A stretch of 64,000 nucleotides of DNA from the IMG/VR virus record IMGVR_UViG_3300007722_000012, positions 1,484 to 65,483 of that record; one strand, 5' to 3'. Below, in pieces: positions 6,581 through 16,866 of the stretch (within the stretch, counting starts at the first letter, position 1; the number at the start of each line of letters is the position of its first letter). Both the position numbers and the translations under genes were made by a program. Origin of the DNA: a virus. Its lineage: Duplodnaviria; Caudoviricetes. Under the pieces are notes generated by a model that was not told the DNA's origin, ran no database searches, and saw only the letters and a list, made by a program, of their open reading frames with translations.

Positions 6581-7111
6581 TTATCGAAGAATATCCTTTG
6601 GCATCGCCGCCGTACCCTCAGCGGCAAGCCTATCTAGAAAACTCAGCGCATCTTCGGTCGGTCTACCCTTCATCTCGCCCGCGGGTCGCCCTAAATTAGC
6701 TATGAGATCCTGAGCAGCGTTGCGTGGATTAGCTTCTTCAAAGGCGCGTGTTTCAGATGCAAGTTTAGAAGCACGAGAGCCTTTAGCTTCGGCGATAAGT
6801 TCATTTACTTCTTCGAGCCCAACATCAGTGCCGCCATGATACTGAAGTTCGCCGGAGCCGATTTGCTCGAGTATCATCTCGTGCAATAGATGAGCGATGC
6901 TATCCTGGAACTCAAGCAAGTCGTTGGGCTGATCGATAGAAACTATCTGGTAGCCAAAGCTCATGCAAGGTTCATTTGTATTTGGATCTGTATCGACAGA
7001 CACCTTTCCGTATTTAAATGAAATACCATCAAAGTTGCCCGAGTTAATGGTGATGATACCGTCATTATCTTCATTATAAATTACGGAGACGTCTTGTGTT
7101 GTTAGTTTCAT
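6581..7111 (-). CDS. T4 gp40-like protein with C-terminal extension
   Basis: G.F.G..FKYGKV motif; position between uvsX and 41. Confidence 0.5.
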   Translation of the reverse strand: MKLTTQDVSVIYNEDNDGIITINSGNFDGISFKYGKVSVDTDPNTNEPCMSFGYQIVSIDQPNDLLEFQDSIAHLLHEMILEQIGSGELQYHGGTDVGLEEVNELIAEAKGSRASKLASETRAFEEANPRNAAQDLIANLGRPAGEMKGRPTEDALSFLDRLAAEGTAAMPKDILR

Positions 7112-7341
7112 GTTATTCTCTCTGTAAATTTGTGATTTAAGCTTGCCGGGTATGCGCTACCCAATTGTCCTGGTATATTGCTAGCGGTGCAAGCATTATC
7201 ATGATCGTTTGCGTGTGGGCACCGTTTATTGCCACATAACGGACAGAGAATCATCAGAGTCATTGCATACGGTATGTAACCGACCATTACACCCTCATTA
7301 CACTTATGGCACCAGCATGACGGGGTAGGTGTTAATTTCAT
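7108..7341 (-). CDS. Small Cys-rich (Zn-binding) protein
   Basis: CWCHKC and CPLCGNKRCPHA...C. Confidence 0.65.
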   Translation of the reverse strand: MKLTPTPSCWCHKCNEGVMVGYIPYAMTLMILCPLCGNKRCPHANDHDNACTASNIPGQLGSAYPASLNHKFTERIT

Positions 7342-7357
7342 TATACGATCCCATTCA

Positions 7358-7561
7358 TTAGGCTACTCTGTATCCGTGATACGCACACGATGGGCAACCA
7401 ATATTCCTTGGTGGGTTTGAGGTCAGCACCATGCCGTCTAGGTCGTTCAACTCTTCTCTACATACTGAGCAAGCTATCCCATTTTTCTGTGGGTAAGTGT
7501 TTAGCCGCGAGTACATATCTTCGCGCTGATGATTGTGTTGTTCTAATGTTTTTAGGTTCAT
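7358..7561 (-). CDS. Small zinc-ribbon protein
   Basis: CSVC...CPSC. Confidence 0.6.
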   Translation of the reverse strand: MNLKTLEQHNHQREDMYSRLNTYPQKNGIACSVCREELNDLDGMVLTSNPPRNIGCPSCAYHGYRVA

Positions 7562-8646
7562 TAGTCGGCCGCCAGTTCAGCGTCAATGCTTTCATCAGTT
7601 AACATTGTGCCGCTCGAAACTTTATACTTGTCGCCTACCCATTCTTTGAAGGATGATGATGCCAAGATTGGATTCCAAAATATCGCGTTGTTGGTATCTA
7701 CTTCTTTGTATTTTGTAATTTCGATTTCGCCAGTATCCATGTTAACTCTAGAATATCGAGCATTCTGTGGCTTGATGACGTGACCCGATTCCAGAGCCAT
7801 ATCAAGTAGACCAGACCATTTATTGATGCCGCCCTCGTGAGTAACCTGAATAAAGATTTTAGTTTTTTCGCGACTATATCTAGACTTTTCTACATTAAGT
7901 ACAAAGTTAAAGCCGATGAGCTCGGTACCATCTTTTTGCTGTTGACGACCCACGATAAAGATTGTATCAGAGCTAAGATAGATACCTGTACCACCCGAGA
8001 CGATTGGCTTCGAAAACATTTCCTGAGTCATATATACATGCGCAACCGCTATCATTGGAACATCAAGTTTGTGCAGGTAGGGTGTGATCATACGAAAGAT
8101 AGACTTCATCTGCTTTGCGCGAGACATATCTTGTACCGATTTACCTTCAATCGCGTCTTCCATTTCCTTTTTGGACGACATATTTCCAGTTGAATCGACT
8201 ACGAAGATAACATGCTCACCTCGTGTAAGACCCTCTAGCTGTTTCATCACATCGAATTTGAAATCTTCCATATTCATTATTGGGGTATGGAGCACGCGGG
8301 TCATATCAATGCCCAACGAGTTGAAGTAAGAAGCTGGGGTGCCGAATTCGCAGTCGTAAAAAATTAAAACAGCATCGGGATACTTGTCAAGATAGGATTT
8401 TGCTAACACTAATGAAAATAATGATTTGAAGTGCTTGGATGGACCCGCGAAAAGTGTCAGACCTGGGCAGAAACCGCCCTCCCAGTCACCCGAAAGAGCG
8501 ATGTTCAGCGCGGGAACAGGCGTCGTAATCATATCTTTCTTTGTAAAATATTTTGACGACGACAGAATTTCTGTATCAGAAATTGTAGAAGTCCGACGAA
8601 GACGATCCATTAGCGAATTTGTAGCAGTGAGTGTTTTAGTAGCCAT
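7561..8646 (-). CDS. uvsX: RecA-like recombinase UvsX
   Basis: AGPSKHFKS, FYDCEFG, DMSRAK, SGGTG, VEKSR. Confidence 0.96.
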   Translation of the reverse strand: MATKTLTATNSLMDRLRRTSTISDTEILSSSKYFTKKDMITTPVPALNIALSGDWEGGFCPGLTLFAGPSKHFKSLFSLVLAKSYLDKYPDAVLIFYDCEFGTPASYFNSLGIDMTRVLHTPIMNMEDFKFDVMKQLEGLTRGEHVIFVVDSTGNMSSKKEMEDAIEGKSVQDMSRAKQMKSIFRMITPYLHKLDVPMIAVAHVYMTQEMFSKPIVSGGTGIYLSSDTIFIVGRQQQKDGTELIGFNFVLNVEKSRYSREKTKIFIQVTHEGGINKWSGLLDMALESGHVIKPQNARYSRVNMDTGEIEITKYKEVDTNNAIFWNPILASSSFKEWVGDKYKVSSGTMLTDESIDAELAAD

Positions 8647-8664
8647 AGTTTCCTTTGTTATTTA

Positions 8665-8698
8665 ATTATATACCGATTTCCGAGAACTAGTAATAAAC
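8665..8698 (-). promoter_or_regulatory. GTTTAT-N22-TATAAT promoter (putative middle class)
   Basis: Same motif and spacing at 13396, 16627, 17514 and 22045 (-) and at 25470 and 61233 (+); variants at 6548, 25430 and 41952. Confidence 0.7.
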
Positions 8699-9633
8699 TA
8701 GAAAAATTCAGAAAGATCGTTCTTAAATTCTGTTTTCCACCCCATTGGCGAAATCATTAGCTCAACTGCTGCAAGGAACACCTTTTCGAATTGAAGATCG
8801 AAATCGATATACTTGTGCAATCCAAACTCAGTTGGTAATTTTCCGTCAACAGACCAACCAATGATATTCTCGTGCAGAATGTTGGGTTCTTTAAGATAGA
8901 TGAAACGAATTTTGTTGCCCTCTTTCAGCATCTCGTATTTTTTGGTGAGTTTTAGTTTCTTAAGCAGGTGGTTATGAAGTAGGGCGGCACGAACGTGGAT
9001 TGGTGTACGTAATCCGTATATCGTGGATTCATTACTATATTCTTTAAGGTTAGATACGCCACGCGGAAATGCAATCTCTTCTACACTATGAATCATGAAA
9101 TCTGCTTTGATGCCCGCAATATACTTTTGCATTTCTACTTCTGTGCTATCGAAGATAATATCTATACACTCTTTCAAAGCTTTCTGCACAACTTTTGGCG
9201 TCGACGACTTAACAATTTCCATCCCCATTATTTTCAATTTTGGTGTGGCGTATGATACTCCCTCCGACGAATAAACACGGAGAAAATATTTCTTCATGGC
9301 TAGCTGTACCATGTGCGATGCAGCGACTTCAAGCTTCATGTTGAAGGTATTTTCAATAACGTTTAAACTAGTCGATACACTATTAGTGATATCTTTGATC
9401 ACAGGCGACATTTTATCGATTGCAAGCTTTTCAATCATCCTGATGTTTTGTTCAACGGTTTGCGTGGGTGCATATCTTTTGATAACCGGGTCAAGGCAAA
9501 AATATCCGGAATTGTGAACTGCTATATTATTAGCGAAGAAATTGTGATTGTTTTCTACTTCGATATCATAAACATCTACTTCCTGGATACCAAGATCTTC
9601 TATAACGAAATCTGATTCAAATGTTAAGTTCAT
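8698..9633 (-). CDS. 43: DNA polymerase B (gp43) C-terminal fragment with N-terminal split-intein IntC (9511-9633)
   Basis: VYDIEVENNHNFFANNIAVHN|S intein end; KKYFL, KIMGMEIVKSSTP, TPIHVRAAL. Confidence 0.93.
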   Translation of the reverse strand: MNLTFESDFVIEDLGIQEVDVYDIEVENNHNFFANNIAVHNSGYFCLDPVIKRYAPTQTVEQNIRMIEKLAIDKMSPVIKDITNSVSTSLNVIENTFNMKLEVAASHMVQLAMKKYFLRVYSSEGVSYATPKLKIMGMEIVKSSTPKVVQKALKECIDIIFDSTEVEMQKYIAGIKADFMIHSVEEIAFPRGVSNLKEYSNESTIYGLRTPIHVRAALLHNHLLKKLKLTKKYEMLKEGNKIRFIYLKEPNILHENIIGWSVDGKLPTEFGLHKYIDFDLQFEKVFLAAVELMISPMGWKTEFKNDLSEFF

Positions 9634-10690
9634 ATTTTATTTTCTGTATTATGTTTTTTGGGTCTTCTAAGAAATCTGATTCCCAAACGATTAAAGTCCT
9701 AATTCCGCGCTCTTCTTTTAACGCTGTAATTTTTCTTTTGTCAGCTTCCCACAATTCTAGTGCAGTTTGTGGTCCACCAGACCACGGCTTACGTTTAGTT
9801 GGAATATCATTCGGTGCATAAATCTTTGGGTTGGCGTGGTAGTGGTCACCATTATATTCTATACATATATTATACTCAGTATTCACATAGTCAAAAAAAT
9901 ATGGTCTATGATTCAATTTAGACCAAACAACATATTCTCCCGCCTTTGTTGCGTAATATGATTTATCCTTTAGCTGCGGCAATTCTATCTCCAATAACAT
10001 TATCATATTCTGGCTTGCTTTAGAATAGAATGTATTTGTTCTTGAGATAGTATCTAGGAATTTGAGTGGGCCGATCTCGGGCCCATACTTTCTAACAAAA
10101 TTATCCATAGTATGGCCCTTCTCAGAGCACACTCTCTTATACTCAGATAGACCACGCGTCTCTCCAAACTTTTCAACAAAATAAGCTAAAGAGACCCCAA
10201 CTGACTGCTGTTTTACGCAATACGCATCAAATTTAGTAGAACCATCAATGCGCCCATGCTTAGAAATTTGGTTTTCTAGTGTAACTGCGCGAGATCGATT
10301 ATAAGAACCAAAATCATCTAGAGTCATGTTGTATTTCTCTTGCTTATATTCGAAGGTGTTAGTCAGTGACTGTTTTTTTCGATATATATCCCAACGTTTA
10401 ATACCATCAATTGAACCATAGAAATGCTTCATTTTCGCTAGAGTCACGGCATTCCCAAATGATAAATGTGTGGTATACCATGCCACTAAATCAACAGGTA
10501 AATGGTTGGATGAAATAAGAAATTCCAAATTCTTAATGATATTCTGTGATTTGAATCGACCTTCGTTTGATGCAGAAAATAGACAAACTAGATTATCAAA
10601 TCTATCTGGTAGACATATTAAGTTTAGACGTGATATTTGTTTTTTCAAAAAAGAACTTGGGTCATTTAACAGCAATTTAGTTGATTTCAT
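9617..10690 (-). CDS. Free-standing Vsr-like (PD-(D/E)xK) homing endonuclease between the intein halves
   Basis: FD...IEYNGDHYHANP...IVWESD; repeated KYG..G DNA-binding motifs. Confidence 0.8.
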   Translation of the reverse strand: MKSTKLLLNDPSSFLKKQISRLNLICLPDRFDNLVCLFSASNEGRFKSQNIIKNLEFLISSNHLPVDLVAWYTTHLSFGNAVTLAKMKHFYGSIDGIKRWDIYRKKQSLTNTFEYKQEKYNMTLDDFGSYNRSRAVTLENQISKHGRIDGSTKFDAYCVKQQSVGVSLAYFVEKFGETRGLSEYKRVCSEKGHTMDNFVRKYGPEIGPLKFLDTISRTNTFYSKASQNMIMLLEIELPQLKDKSYYATKAGEYVVWSKLNHRPYFFDYVNTEYNICIEYNGDHYHANPKIYAPNDIPTKRKPWSGGPQTALELWEADKRKITALKEERGIRTLIVWESDFLEDPKNIIQKIKYELNI

Positions 10691-10708
10691 TATGGGGACA
10701 CCGATTGA

Positions 10709-12769
10709 TTAGTATATTATATTTATACATTTATCAAATCGGGTAATCTCAGCTGGTTTGATTGACAGAATCCTATTATTACGCAAAATCATAACACTAT
10801 GATCTTCTGTGACTGTGACAGAAACCCCACCAACGGTAATTTTAAACATCCGTTTCTTTACTCGATGCTTCATGACGTGGAGTACATTATTATGTTCTAT
10901 AGCCTTAGTGCTTAGATTGATAGACGGTGTAATATCAGTTGTTACCGGCTTTACATAACTCTGATTAAAACTATCTTCATACACATAAAAATTCCTATTC
11001 TTTGCGTAATATTCAGCTATAGTGATATCTTTACCATTGATTTTTACCATAGTATCACCAGTCACGGAATCTGTGTCGGCATAAAAGAGGGTGCCCGTGC
11101 AATCCATCTTCATAACTTCTGTGAAGCGATTATCAAACTTTGCTTCTAATGAACGAAGCAAGAGTTGGCCCGTGAGCGTGATACTCTCGGCGACGTGACT
11201 GTTGAAATATCTAAACCCAGCATTTGCCAAGGCGCCGTACAATGAGTTCAATGAAATTTTATAGGCTTGTTCTGTATTCGATAATGCTGCACGAGTTTGG
11301 TTCAGTTTGTGGAGTTCGTCTTTATCACCAGATGTTCGCTTGAGATCTTCCATTTTTCTCTGGATATCCAGCATGGCGTTTTTAGCGTCACGGCGTTTCT
11401 TCATGTATGTTTTTATAACGATGGGAATAATGCCCGGGATATCTTTTCTGTATAACGAACCGTTGGCGCCCATACAGACATTTTTATCTTTGTTTTCGAT
11501 ATTGCCACTCAAACATTTTTCTACAGTACTATCACACTGGCCGATGTAGGTTTCTGGCGATAGGTTTAGCGCCATCATGACGCTGGGATACAAGCTGGTG
11601 AAATCGAAGCTCACTACATTCTTGTACATGCCTGGTATGGGTGTTTTTACATAGGCGCCCTGGATACCGAAGGCTTCACCAGTATGCTTACGCTGGGGTG
11701 ACACAATATTCCGCGCCAGCAATTCGTTATGGAGAATAGCGTCCCAAGTTTTAACCGGAGAAAAGACGTCGGTGTAGTTAATCTTGGCCTCATAAGCAAT
11801 CGTTAACGCGAGTTCGATCAAACGTAACTTATCATTAAGTTGGCCAACTAATTCTGCGTCTCGAACGTTATATTCTACATAGGTATGAAACTCATCGCTG
11901 AAGAAGGCGTCAAACGATTCGGTTGGGTTTTCGAGTTTGCTCACACCGAGTTCTTCTTGTGCGATAGATCCAAGCGCCCACGATTCGCGAGCCTTAGTGG
12001 TGAACTTCTTCATTAGTGCCATCATATCAAGAACAGATATACCCGTGATACTATACTCAAGTTCGTCGCGGCCTTTGTAGTTGCGAAGTTGAAAGTCAAC
12101 CAATCCCCATGGAGAAAGCTTCTTGGCAAACTCATGACCTAAGACGATTGTGATGCGATTAAGAAGATAAGGCACATCGAAGCCGTCTACGCTCCAACCA
12201 GTGACGATATCTGGATAAGCTTGGGACCAAAAAGCCAAGAATAACTTCAGCAGTGCTTTTTCGTCTCTGCATTCCGTATAGGCCGTCACTACATTGTGTT
12301 TGCCTGTGGGTACATAGCCTTTGATGCCCCAAGTATAACACCGCTTGGTGTGGATATCTTGGACTGTGATCAGCTGGATAGTTCCCAATGCGTATTTTGG
12401 GTCAGGGAAACTTCCATCTGGAGCTGAGCCGACCTCGATATCTACCGAATAAACTTTGATGCGAGAGAAGTCCCACCCGTGAAAGTCATATTGATTTGCA
12501 TATTGAAGAACTTCATTCTGTTGCCCAAACACTTCTATGCCCGATACCCCGGCATAAGTCTTACACCAATCCCGGGCATCATGCATATTGCCCGGTTGTA
12601 CTTCCTTAACTTTATCACCATACAGTGAGGCCAGACCAGAAGTAGAGTTTTCGTCTCTAAGATAATAAGTAGGTTGCCATGCATCTTTGCGAAGTGATGA
12701 GATCCCATCAACTACTTCACGAACTAGGATAGAGTTGCCGGCGCGGGCTATATTTGTGTAGAATTTCAT
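10709..12769 (-). CDS. 43: DNA polymerase B (gp43) N-terminal fragment ending in split-intein IntN (10712-11068)
   Basis: Exonuclease DIE; SFDFTSLYPS; KISLNSLYG; YADTD|SVTGDT...VTEDHS. Confidence 0.95.
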   Translation of the reverse strand: MKFYTNIARAGNSILVREVVDGISSLRKDAWQPTYYLRDENSTSGLASLYGDKVKEVQPGNMHDARDWCKTYAGVSGIEVFGQQNEVLQYANQYDFHGWDFSRIKVYSVDIEVGSAPDGSFPDPKYALGTIQLITVQDIHTKRCYTWGIKGYVPTGKHNVVTAYTECRDEKALLKLFLAFWSQAYPDIVTGWSVDGFDVPYLLNRITIVLGHEFAKKLSPWGLVDFQLRNYKGRDELEYSITGISVLDMMALMKKFTTKARESWALGSIAQEELGVSKLENPTESFDAFFSDEFHTYVEYNVRDAELVGQLNDKLRLIELALTIAYEAKINYTDVFSPVKTWDAILHNELLARNIVSPQRKHTGEAFGIQGAYVKTPIPGMYKNVVSFDFTSLYPSVMMALNLSPETYIGQCDSTVEKCLSGNIENKDKNVCMGANGSLYRKDIPGIIPIVIKTYMKKRRDAKNAMLDIQRKMEDLKRTSGDKDELHKLNQTRAALSNTEQAYKISLNSLYGALANAGFRYFNSHVAESITLTGQLLLRSLEAKFDNRFTEVMKMDCTGTLFYADTDSVTGDTMVKINGKDITIAEYYAKNRNFYVYEDSFNQSYVKPVTTDITPSINLSTKAIEHNNVLHVMKHRVKKRMFKITVGGVSVTVTEDHSVMILRNNRILSIKPAEITRFDKCINIIY

Positions 12770-12781
12770 AACTGTAAATTT

Positions 12782-13366
12782 TTATTCTGTTCCAGCTAGA
12801 ATCATGCACAGATCCTTGGCCGCATCTGCGCATGGGCTATGAAGAACTACATTGGACATATTAAAGTCTGGACACTTGGATAAATCAACCTTAGCAGAAC
12901 CTCGGCCGCCAGATGAATAAAAGCAATCGAGGAATGTGCGCACGTCACGAAAGTTGTAGTACGGCATAAACTGTTCTACATTAGCACTCTTGCACAATGA
13001 ATCGAGCCATACTTTATCGATGCCGCCGCGGGTGAATACTATACTCTTTTTTGCATCCGGTTTGGAGAAGTAAAAAGTCGACAACGCGGATAGCCCATCT
13101 ATCATTGATAGATCAGTAGCGCTGGGCATAATGCCGCGACGTGCTTCCTTGGACTGTTTTTGCCACCAGGTCAGCGTATCTTTGTCGATGAGCCGGCCAG
13201 CGGCTTTCTGCTCGGCCACATTGAACTTGACGTATATAGAATCCGCCAAAAGCCCGGCATAGGTTAACGGCCGCGTATCATCGTAATATACAAGGCCTGC
13301 GGAAACGATGATCGACGAACCGTCTGTGCCAAAAGTTTCAAAATCGAGTCCGAACATTCCGCTCAT
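12782..13366 (-). CDS. dexA: DexA-like DEDDh 3'-5' exonuclease
   Basis: LDFETF, RDVRT, H...D...D. Confidence 0.75.
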   Translation of the reverse strand: MSGMFGLDFETFGTDGSSIIVSAGLVYYDDTRPLTYAGLLADSIYVKFNVAEQKAAGRLIDKDTLTWWQKQSKEARRGIMPSATDLSMIDGLSALSTFYFSKPDAKKSIVFTRGGIDKVWLDSLCKSANVEQFMPYYNFRDVRTFLDCFYSSGGRGSAKVDLSKCPDFNMSNVVLHSPCADAAKDLCMILAGTE

Positions 13367-13429
13367 AAAATCTCACAATTTTCATAATATAATCTATTAT
13401 AACCTACTTTTCTTAGGCAGGAAATAAAC

Positions 13430-13639
13430 TTAATCCATAATGCTTTTGATCCATGCCGCTGCGATAGCTTCTTTATCAAAAAATCTAACTAAAAATTGAC
13501 ATGGAACACTTTGCTGCGCGGCGAAAATGAGGATATTGTTTTGATTTGTCGTCGAAATACAGAACCTCCAATCACCGGCAATAAGCATCGGGAATTTATC
13601 GATGGTTGTTTCGAAATCACTCTTTTGGCTAGACTTCAC
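13430..13639 (-). CDS. Hypothetical protein
   Basis: 69-aa ORF coupled to regA. Confidence 0.6.
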   Translation of the reverse strand: MKSSQKSDFETTIDKFPMLIAGDWRFCISTTNQNNILIFAAQQSVPCQFLVRFFDKEAIAAAWIKSIMD

Positions 13640-14052
13640 ACCCGTTTTCCTACAGTGTATTTGGCGACCAGAATCCAGTCCTTCTTTTGAGCGAATGGAA
13701 TAATTTTGATCGTAGATATTGGTACAACTAAATCAGACTTCTCGATGATTTTACATAAACCCCACTGTTCAAGTAAATCTGCAATCGTGGTTCGACGGGC
13801 GATATCGTTATAGTCAAGTTGTGTCGGCCGTCCATCTAGAGCAAACAATTCTTTAAAGTTCATAATATAGTAATGCCCGCGGCGATGGAGAATGTGGCAG
13901 GTCTGAAACAGGGTTTTTCCGTGTAACGAAGCCACACCTATACGTGTTAGAGTTTCTTTGATTTTTAGAAAGGCGTCTGGGTCTGGTAAAATAACCTCAT
14001 ACATACAACTTTCGGTCCAGTGGTATGGGGCAGATAAATCTTGAGCATTCAT
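13636..14052 (-). CDS. regA: Translational repressor RegA
   Basis: FLKIKETLTRIG, LFQTCHILH, FKELFALDG. Confidence 0.95.
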   Translation of the reverse strand: MNAQDLSAPYHWTESCMYEVILPDPDAFLKIKETLTRIGVASLHGKTLFQTCHILHRRGHYYIMNFKELFALDGRPTQLDYNDIARRTTIADLLEQWGLCKIIEKSDLVVPISTIKIIPFAQKKDWILVAKYTVGKRV

Positions 14053-14092
14053 AGTAAAGTCTTATTGTTATTGACCTCCTATTTATACTATG

Positions 14093-14494
14093 TTATCGCC
14101 CACCTTTGTACATTCTTGCGGTTAGTTCCTCAATATCACTGGCGGTGAGAACCAAAGAATACTGCTCAGCGACTGCTTTACTACAGTTATATGCATCTGA
14201 TATAGTCTGAATATTTGTGTCTTTGATGGGTTTTGCCCAAGAAGCAAATCGCTTTTTCTTTGGTAGAATGGCGTGGTGGTAGAAGTCATGCTGCCATTTG
14301 CGGGGTGTTTTTGAGACAGCCATTGTGTTCATTTCAACGGATAACATGATAGTATCATAGAAGTTACTAAAACCCCGATTCGTTAAAAATGGGGTATACA
14401 ATTGCTCGGTTTCAGCATCATAACTATAGTCCCGTTCAGAACTCAATTGTTGAATGATATCGAAAGCCGTTTTGGTCTTATTCATCAACTTCAC
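14093..14494 (-). CDS. 62: Clamp loader small subunit gp62
   Basis: YTPFLTNRGFS, KKRFASWAK, KGG terminus; synteny. Confidence 0.88.
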   Translation of the reverse strand: MKLMNKTKTAFDIIQQLSSERDYSYDAETEQLYTPFLTNRGFSNFYDTIMLSVEMNTMAVSKTPRKWQHDFYHHAILPKKKRFASWAKPIKDTNIQTISDAYNCSKAVAEQYSLVLTASDIEELTARMYKGGR

Positions 14495-14753
14495 TTATTA
14501 TGATAGTGCGTCCTGGGAATTTGTCTGAAGCCATATCAACAAGTTCATCATAATTTTTACTCTGGGCAAGATGCTGCCCAATGATCATGATACGGGCATA
14601 ATATGTATCAGCGACCTTGTAGATTTCAATATTAACAGGGAATGCATCGAGTATTTCTGTGAGTTGGGCTTGGAGATTAGATATTCGACCACGACCGTGA
14701 CCATACCAGTAACCAAACAGTAAAGCTGATACTATGTAGACAATATATTCCAT
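14478..14753 (-). CDS. Hypothetical membrane-anchored protein
   Basis: N-terminal hydrophobic helix. Confidence 0.6.
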   Translation of the reverse strand: MEYIVYIVSALLFGYWYGHGRGRISNLQAQLTEILDAFPVNIEIYKVADTYYARIMIIGQHLAQSKNYDELVDMASDKFPGRTIIISEVDE

Positions 14754-15692
14754 TTAATCTTTCACGGGATCAAGCAAGGCCATTTCAATAAGAGCGGCCG
14801 ATAAAGTAATCTGCTGGTCCACAGCGAATGTAGATTTATATCCATAATCGGACATTAAAAGTATCATTTGCGGAATAGTTTCTGGCTTAAAATATTCAAA
14901 ACAATTTTCGTAAAAGTCTCGAAATAAAATCATCATCTCGATGTCAGCGTTTTCACCGACCCATCGTCTCATGGCTTTAAAATCTTTATCCTTGACCGCC
15001 GCGAGAAGTTCTTTATACGATGCAGAAGAGTCCCCGAGCAGAATACCAGAGTCTATCTTGCCGGTGACCGAATAGCGTTGCAGTTCATTTAAAGTTTTGC
15101 GGAAGTCAGGAAAAAATTTGTTGACGATTTGAGCAACAACATGCGCTTCAAATTTGATATCATTTATCTTCAAAATCGCCAAAACGCGCTTGAACATCTT
15201 TCCTGCCAGTTTTGGCTTCTCAGACGCCATGGCTGTGAACTCGATAATCAGTGCCCGAGACTGAATTGCGGGAATGATTTTAGCGAGCGAATTGGTGGTA
15301 AAGAAGTAGCGAGTTGAGGAAAATGATTCAATCATCCCTTTGAGTGCATTCATCGCATTCGCAGAAAGAGAATCTGCTTCGTCAAATAGTACGATCTTTG
15401 TTGCACCAGTCAATGAGACTGAACTACTAAATGATATTACTGATGAACGAATGTTATCAATAGAACTATCTAACCCGCAATTGATTGCCAGTATATCAGA
15501 CTCTAAATCATGAGCTATTGCGTAACATAAACTGGTTTTTCCAGTCCCAGGCGGGCCCGTCAAGATGAGGTGCTGAATACTATTGGAGGCAATAGCAGCC
15601 TGAACCATCTTGATGGTTTCTTCGGGCAAGATGCAGTCTGCTACCGTCTTTGGTCTGTGAGCCTCAGCCCAAACTTTTTCATTGGGGTTCAT
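14754..15692 (-). CDS. 44: Clamp loader ATPase gp44
   Basis: W...RP, GPPGTGKT, DEAD, FPDFRK. Confidence 0.95.
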   Translation of the reverse strand: MNPNEKVWAEAHRPKTVADCILPEETIKMVQAAIASNSIQHLILTGPPGTGKTSLCYAIAHDLESDILAINCGLDSSIDNIRSSVISFSSSVSLTGATKIVLFDEADSLSANAMNALKGMIESFSSTRYFFTTNSLAKIIPAIQSRALIIEFTAMASEKPKLAGKMFKRVLAILKINDIKFEAHVVAQIVNKFFPDFRKTLNELQRYSVTGKIDSGILLGDSSASYKELLAAVKDKDFKAMRRWVGENADIEMMILFRDFYENCFEYFKPETIPQMILLMSDYGYKSTFAVDQQITLSAALIEMALLDPVKD

Positions 15693-15713
15693 AATAAATT
15701 CCGAAATATAAAT

Positions 15714-16376
15714 TTAACTATTAAATTCAGAAGTACTCTCAAGTGCAACAAAAAATACCGCGTTACCCCCAATGAGCTTAAATCGTGCGATTTTCTTGGA
15801 ACTGATGCTCACAGCATAGTCGCCAGCAATTAGTTTCAAGTTTTCCGTCTTGAAATTGGCTTTGAAGGTGAGATCGGTATCACCAAGCGGTACTGTGAAC
15901 GAATTAGAAGTAGCAGATTTCAAATCAGATACGTCAAAGGATAGCAGACCGCCCTCACCGACGAGCGAAATATCCGAACTCCGTAATACACCGGCCGTGC
16001 GAAGGATTAACGACAAAGTTTCTTGCGATAGTTTGAAGTCCAAATCAGATGTTGGAAATTTTAGAGGCTTGGTGGGCACGATCAAGATGGATGTATCGGC
16101 TGCGTAGTATTTGATTGCGTTGCCGCCTTCCGAGATCATCGCAAGCTTGGGCTTGAAGACTACATCTGGGTCATTGAATAGCGATAGGGCGCCTAGAAAT
16201 TCGGATAGATCGTAGATGCCAAACTCAGTTTCGAAGACCTCGACGACGGCGATATCTGCTAGAACATTTTTCTGCGGGCTGATGGTTGAAACCACACTGC
16301 CGGGTTTTAGAATTATGTTCTGATTTATCGTAGATAAATGTTTCAGAATTGTGATTGTCTCTTTTGAAAATTTCAT
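15714..16376 (-). CDS. 45: Sliding clamp gp45
   Basis: MKFSKETITILK..STINQ, FGIYDLSEFL. Confidence 0.95.
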   Translation of the reverse strand: MKFSKETITILKHLSTINQNIILKPGSVVSTISPQKNVLADIAVVEVFETEFGIYDLSEFLGALSLFNDPDVVFKPKLAMISEGGNAIKYYAADTSILIVPTKPLKFPTSDLDFKLSQETLSLILRTAGVLRSSDISLVGEGGLLSFDVSDLKSATSNSFTVPLGDTDLTFKANFKTENLKLIAGDYAVSISSKKIARFKLIGGNAVFFVALESTSEFNS

Positions 16377-16417
16377 TTCATTTCTTTCATATTAAAGTAG
16401 TAGCAATATTGCCATTT

Positions 16418-16594
16418 TTAGTTTAAAACACTGATTCCCACGGAGCGTTCATAAAGGCGTTTGGCAAGAACCTTATCAGATTCAACCATAGGGTGACCAA
16501 TTACATCTGACATAATTTGAATTTCTTCAATCCAATATTGTTGTTCTATATTGGATAAATTTTCAAATTGAATAGGTTTAATATTTGTGTGCAT
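16418..16594 (-). CDS. Hypothetical 58-aa protein
   Basis: Hand-translated ORF MHTNIKPIQFENLS...VLN* downstream of the promoter at 16627. Confidence 0.5.
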   Translation of the reverse strand: MHTNIKPIQFENLSNIEQQYWIEEIQIMSDVIGHPMVESDKVLAKRLYERSVGISVLN

Positions 16595-16659
16595 TATATT
16601 AGATATTAATTAGTTGCTGATAATCAATTATAACTTATTTTTTAGAATTATATAATAAA

Positions 16660-16866
16660 CTAATATCGGTCCTCGGCAGTAAGAACCGAATTAGCTGACC
16701 ATTTACCGTCGGAATATATCCACATGTAAGTATATCCGTAAACGGATCGAGCGCTGTCCATTGCAATCGCTATTTTCTCGCCGGGTGGTGGGAATTTCAG
16801 ATCCGCTCTAGAATCGACTTGGGCCATGTAATAAGTCGGTGCTGCATCAAGCATATCATCCGTCAC
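16660..16866 (-). CDS. Hypothetical protein (start uncertain)
   Basis: 3' part of ORF 16660..16950; fills the gap in the operon. Confidence 0.45.
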   Translation of the reverse strand: MTDDMLDAAPTYYMAQVDSRADLKFPPPGEKIAIAMDSARSVYGYTYMWIYSDGKWSANSVLTAEDRY

